A stretch of 64,000 nt of DNA from Takakia lepidozioides (lineage: Eukaryota; Plantae; Bryophyta), in contig CM060733.1 in the NCBI GenBank assembly GCA_030704615.1, forward strand, positions 21,328,001 to 21,392,000, written 5' to 3'. The notes under the pieces were generated by a model that worked only from the letters and a program-made list of their open reading frames with translations, ran no database searches and was not told the origin of the DNA. How positions within the stretch are numbered: position 1 is the stretch's first letter; each line of letters opens with the position of its first letter. Below are positions 63,864-64,000 of this stretch, in pieces. The translations under genes were made by a program, and so were the position numbers.

Positions 63864-64000
63864 AGTTCAAGCAAATGGGGTGGTGTCTGCGTCTTCCTTT
63901 CGGGGTGCGGCATTGAGGCAGTCCCGGGCACCGACTTCTGCTGTGAGGATGCCCGCTGTGGGGGTGCGAGCAGAAATTGATACCCAGGTTGTGCTGAATC

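Overview
Transposon-dense window of a land-plant nuclear genome, probably a bryophyte given the moss-type hAT, MULE, CACTA and Tcn1-like elements (inference). Two host genes look intact: an intronless SKP1 (13102-13590, -) and a 4-exon XTH (59454-61388, +). Three conserved host genes are degraded: a PHIP1-like RRM gene, an At5g02860/PPR10-like PPR gene and an orphan RsmD exon. Structurally delimited elements are a 10.9-kb MULE (9-bp TSD), a full-length Galadriel-like chromovirus (5-bp TSD), a CACTA MITE and a hAT MITE. The MULE contains a chromovirus that appears to self-prime, carries an extra TATA-preceded ORF, and was later split by a ~4-kb inversion. Best candidates for undescribed biology: (1) an intron-containing remnant resembling a beta-class DNA amino-(N4C/N6A) methyltransferase beside a SWIM-finger remnant at the window start; (2) a CACTA cassette with divergent TnpD/TnpA genes plus an FCP1/NIF-like HAD domain; (3) accessory ORFs in the 3' regions of both chromoviruses. 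All family calls come from motif recognition by eye, not database searches. Some frameshifts may be homopolymer assembly errors.
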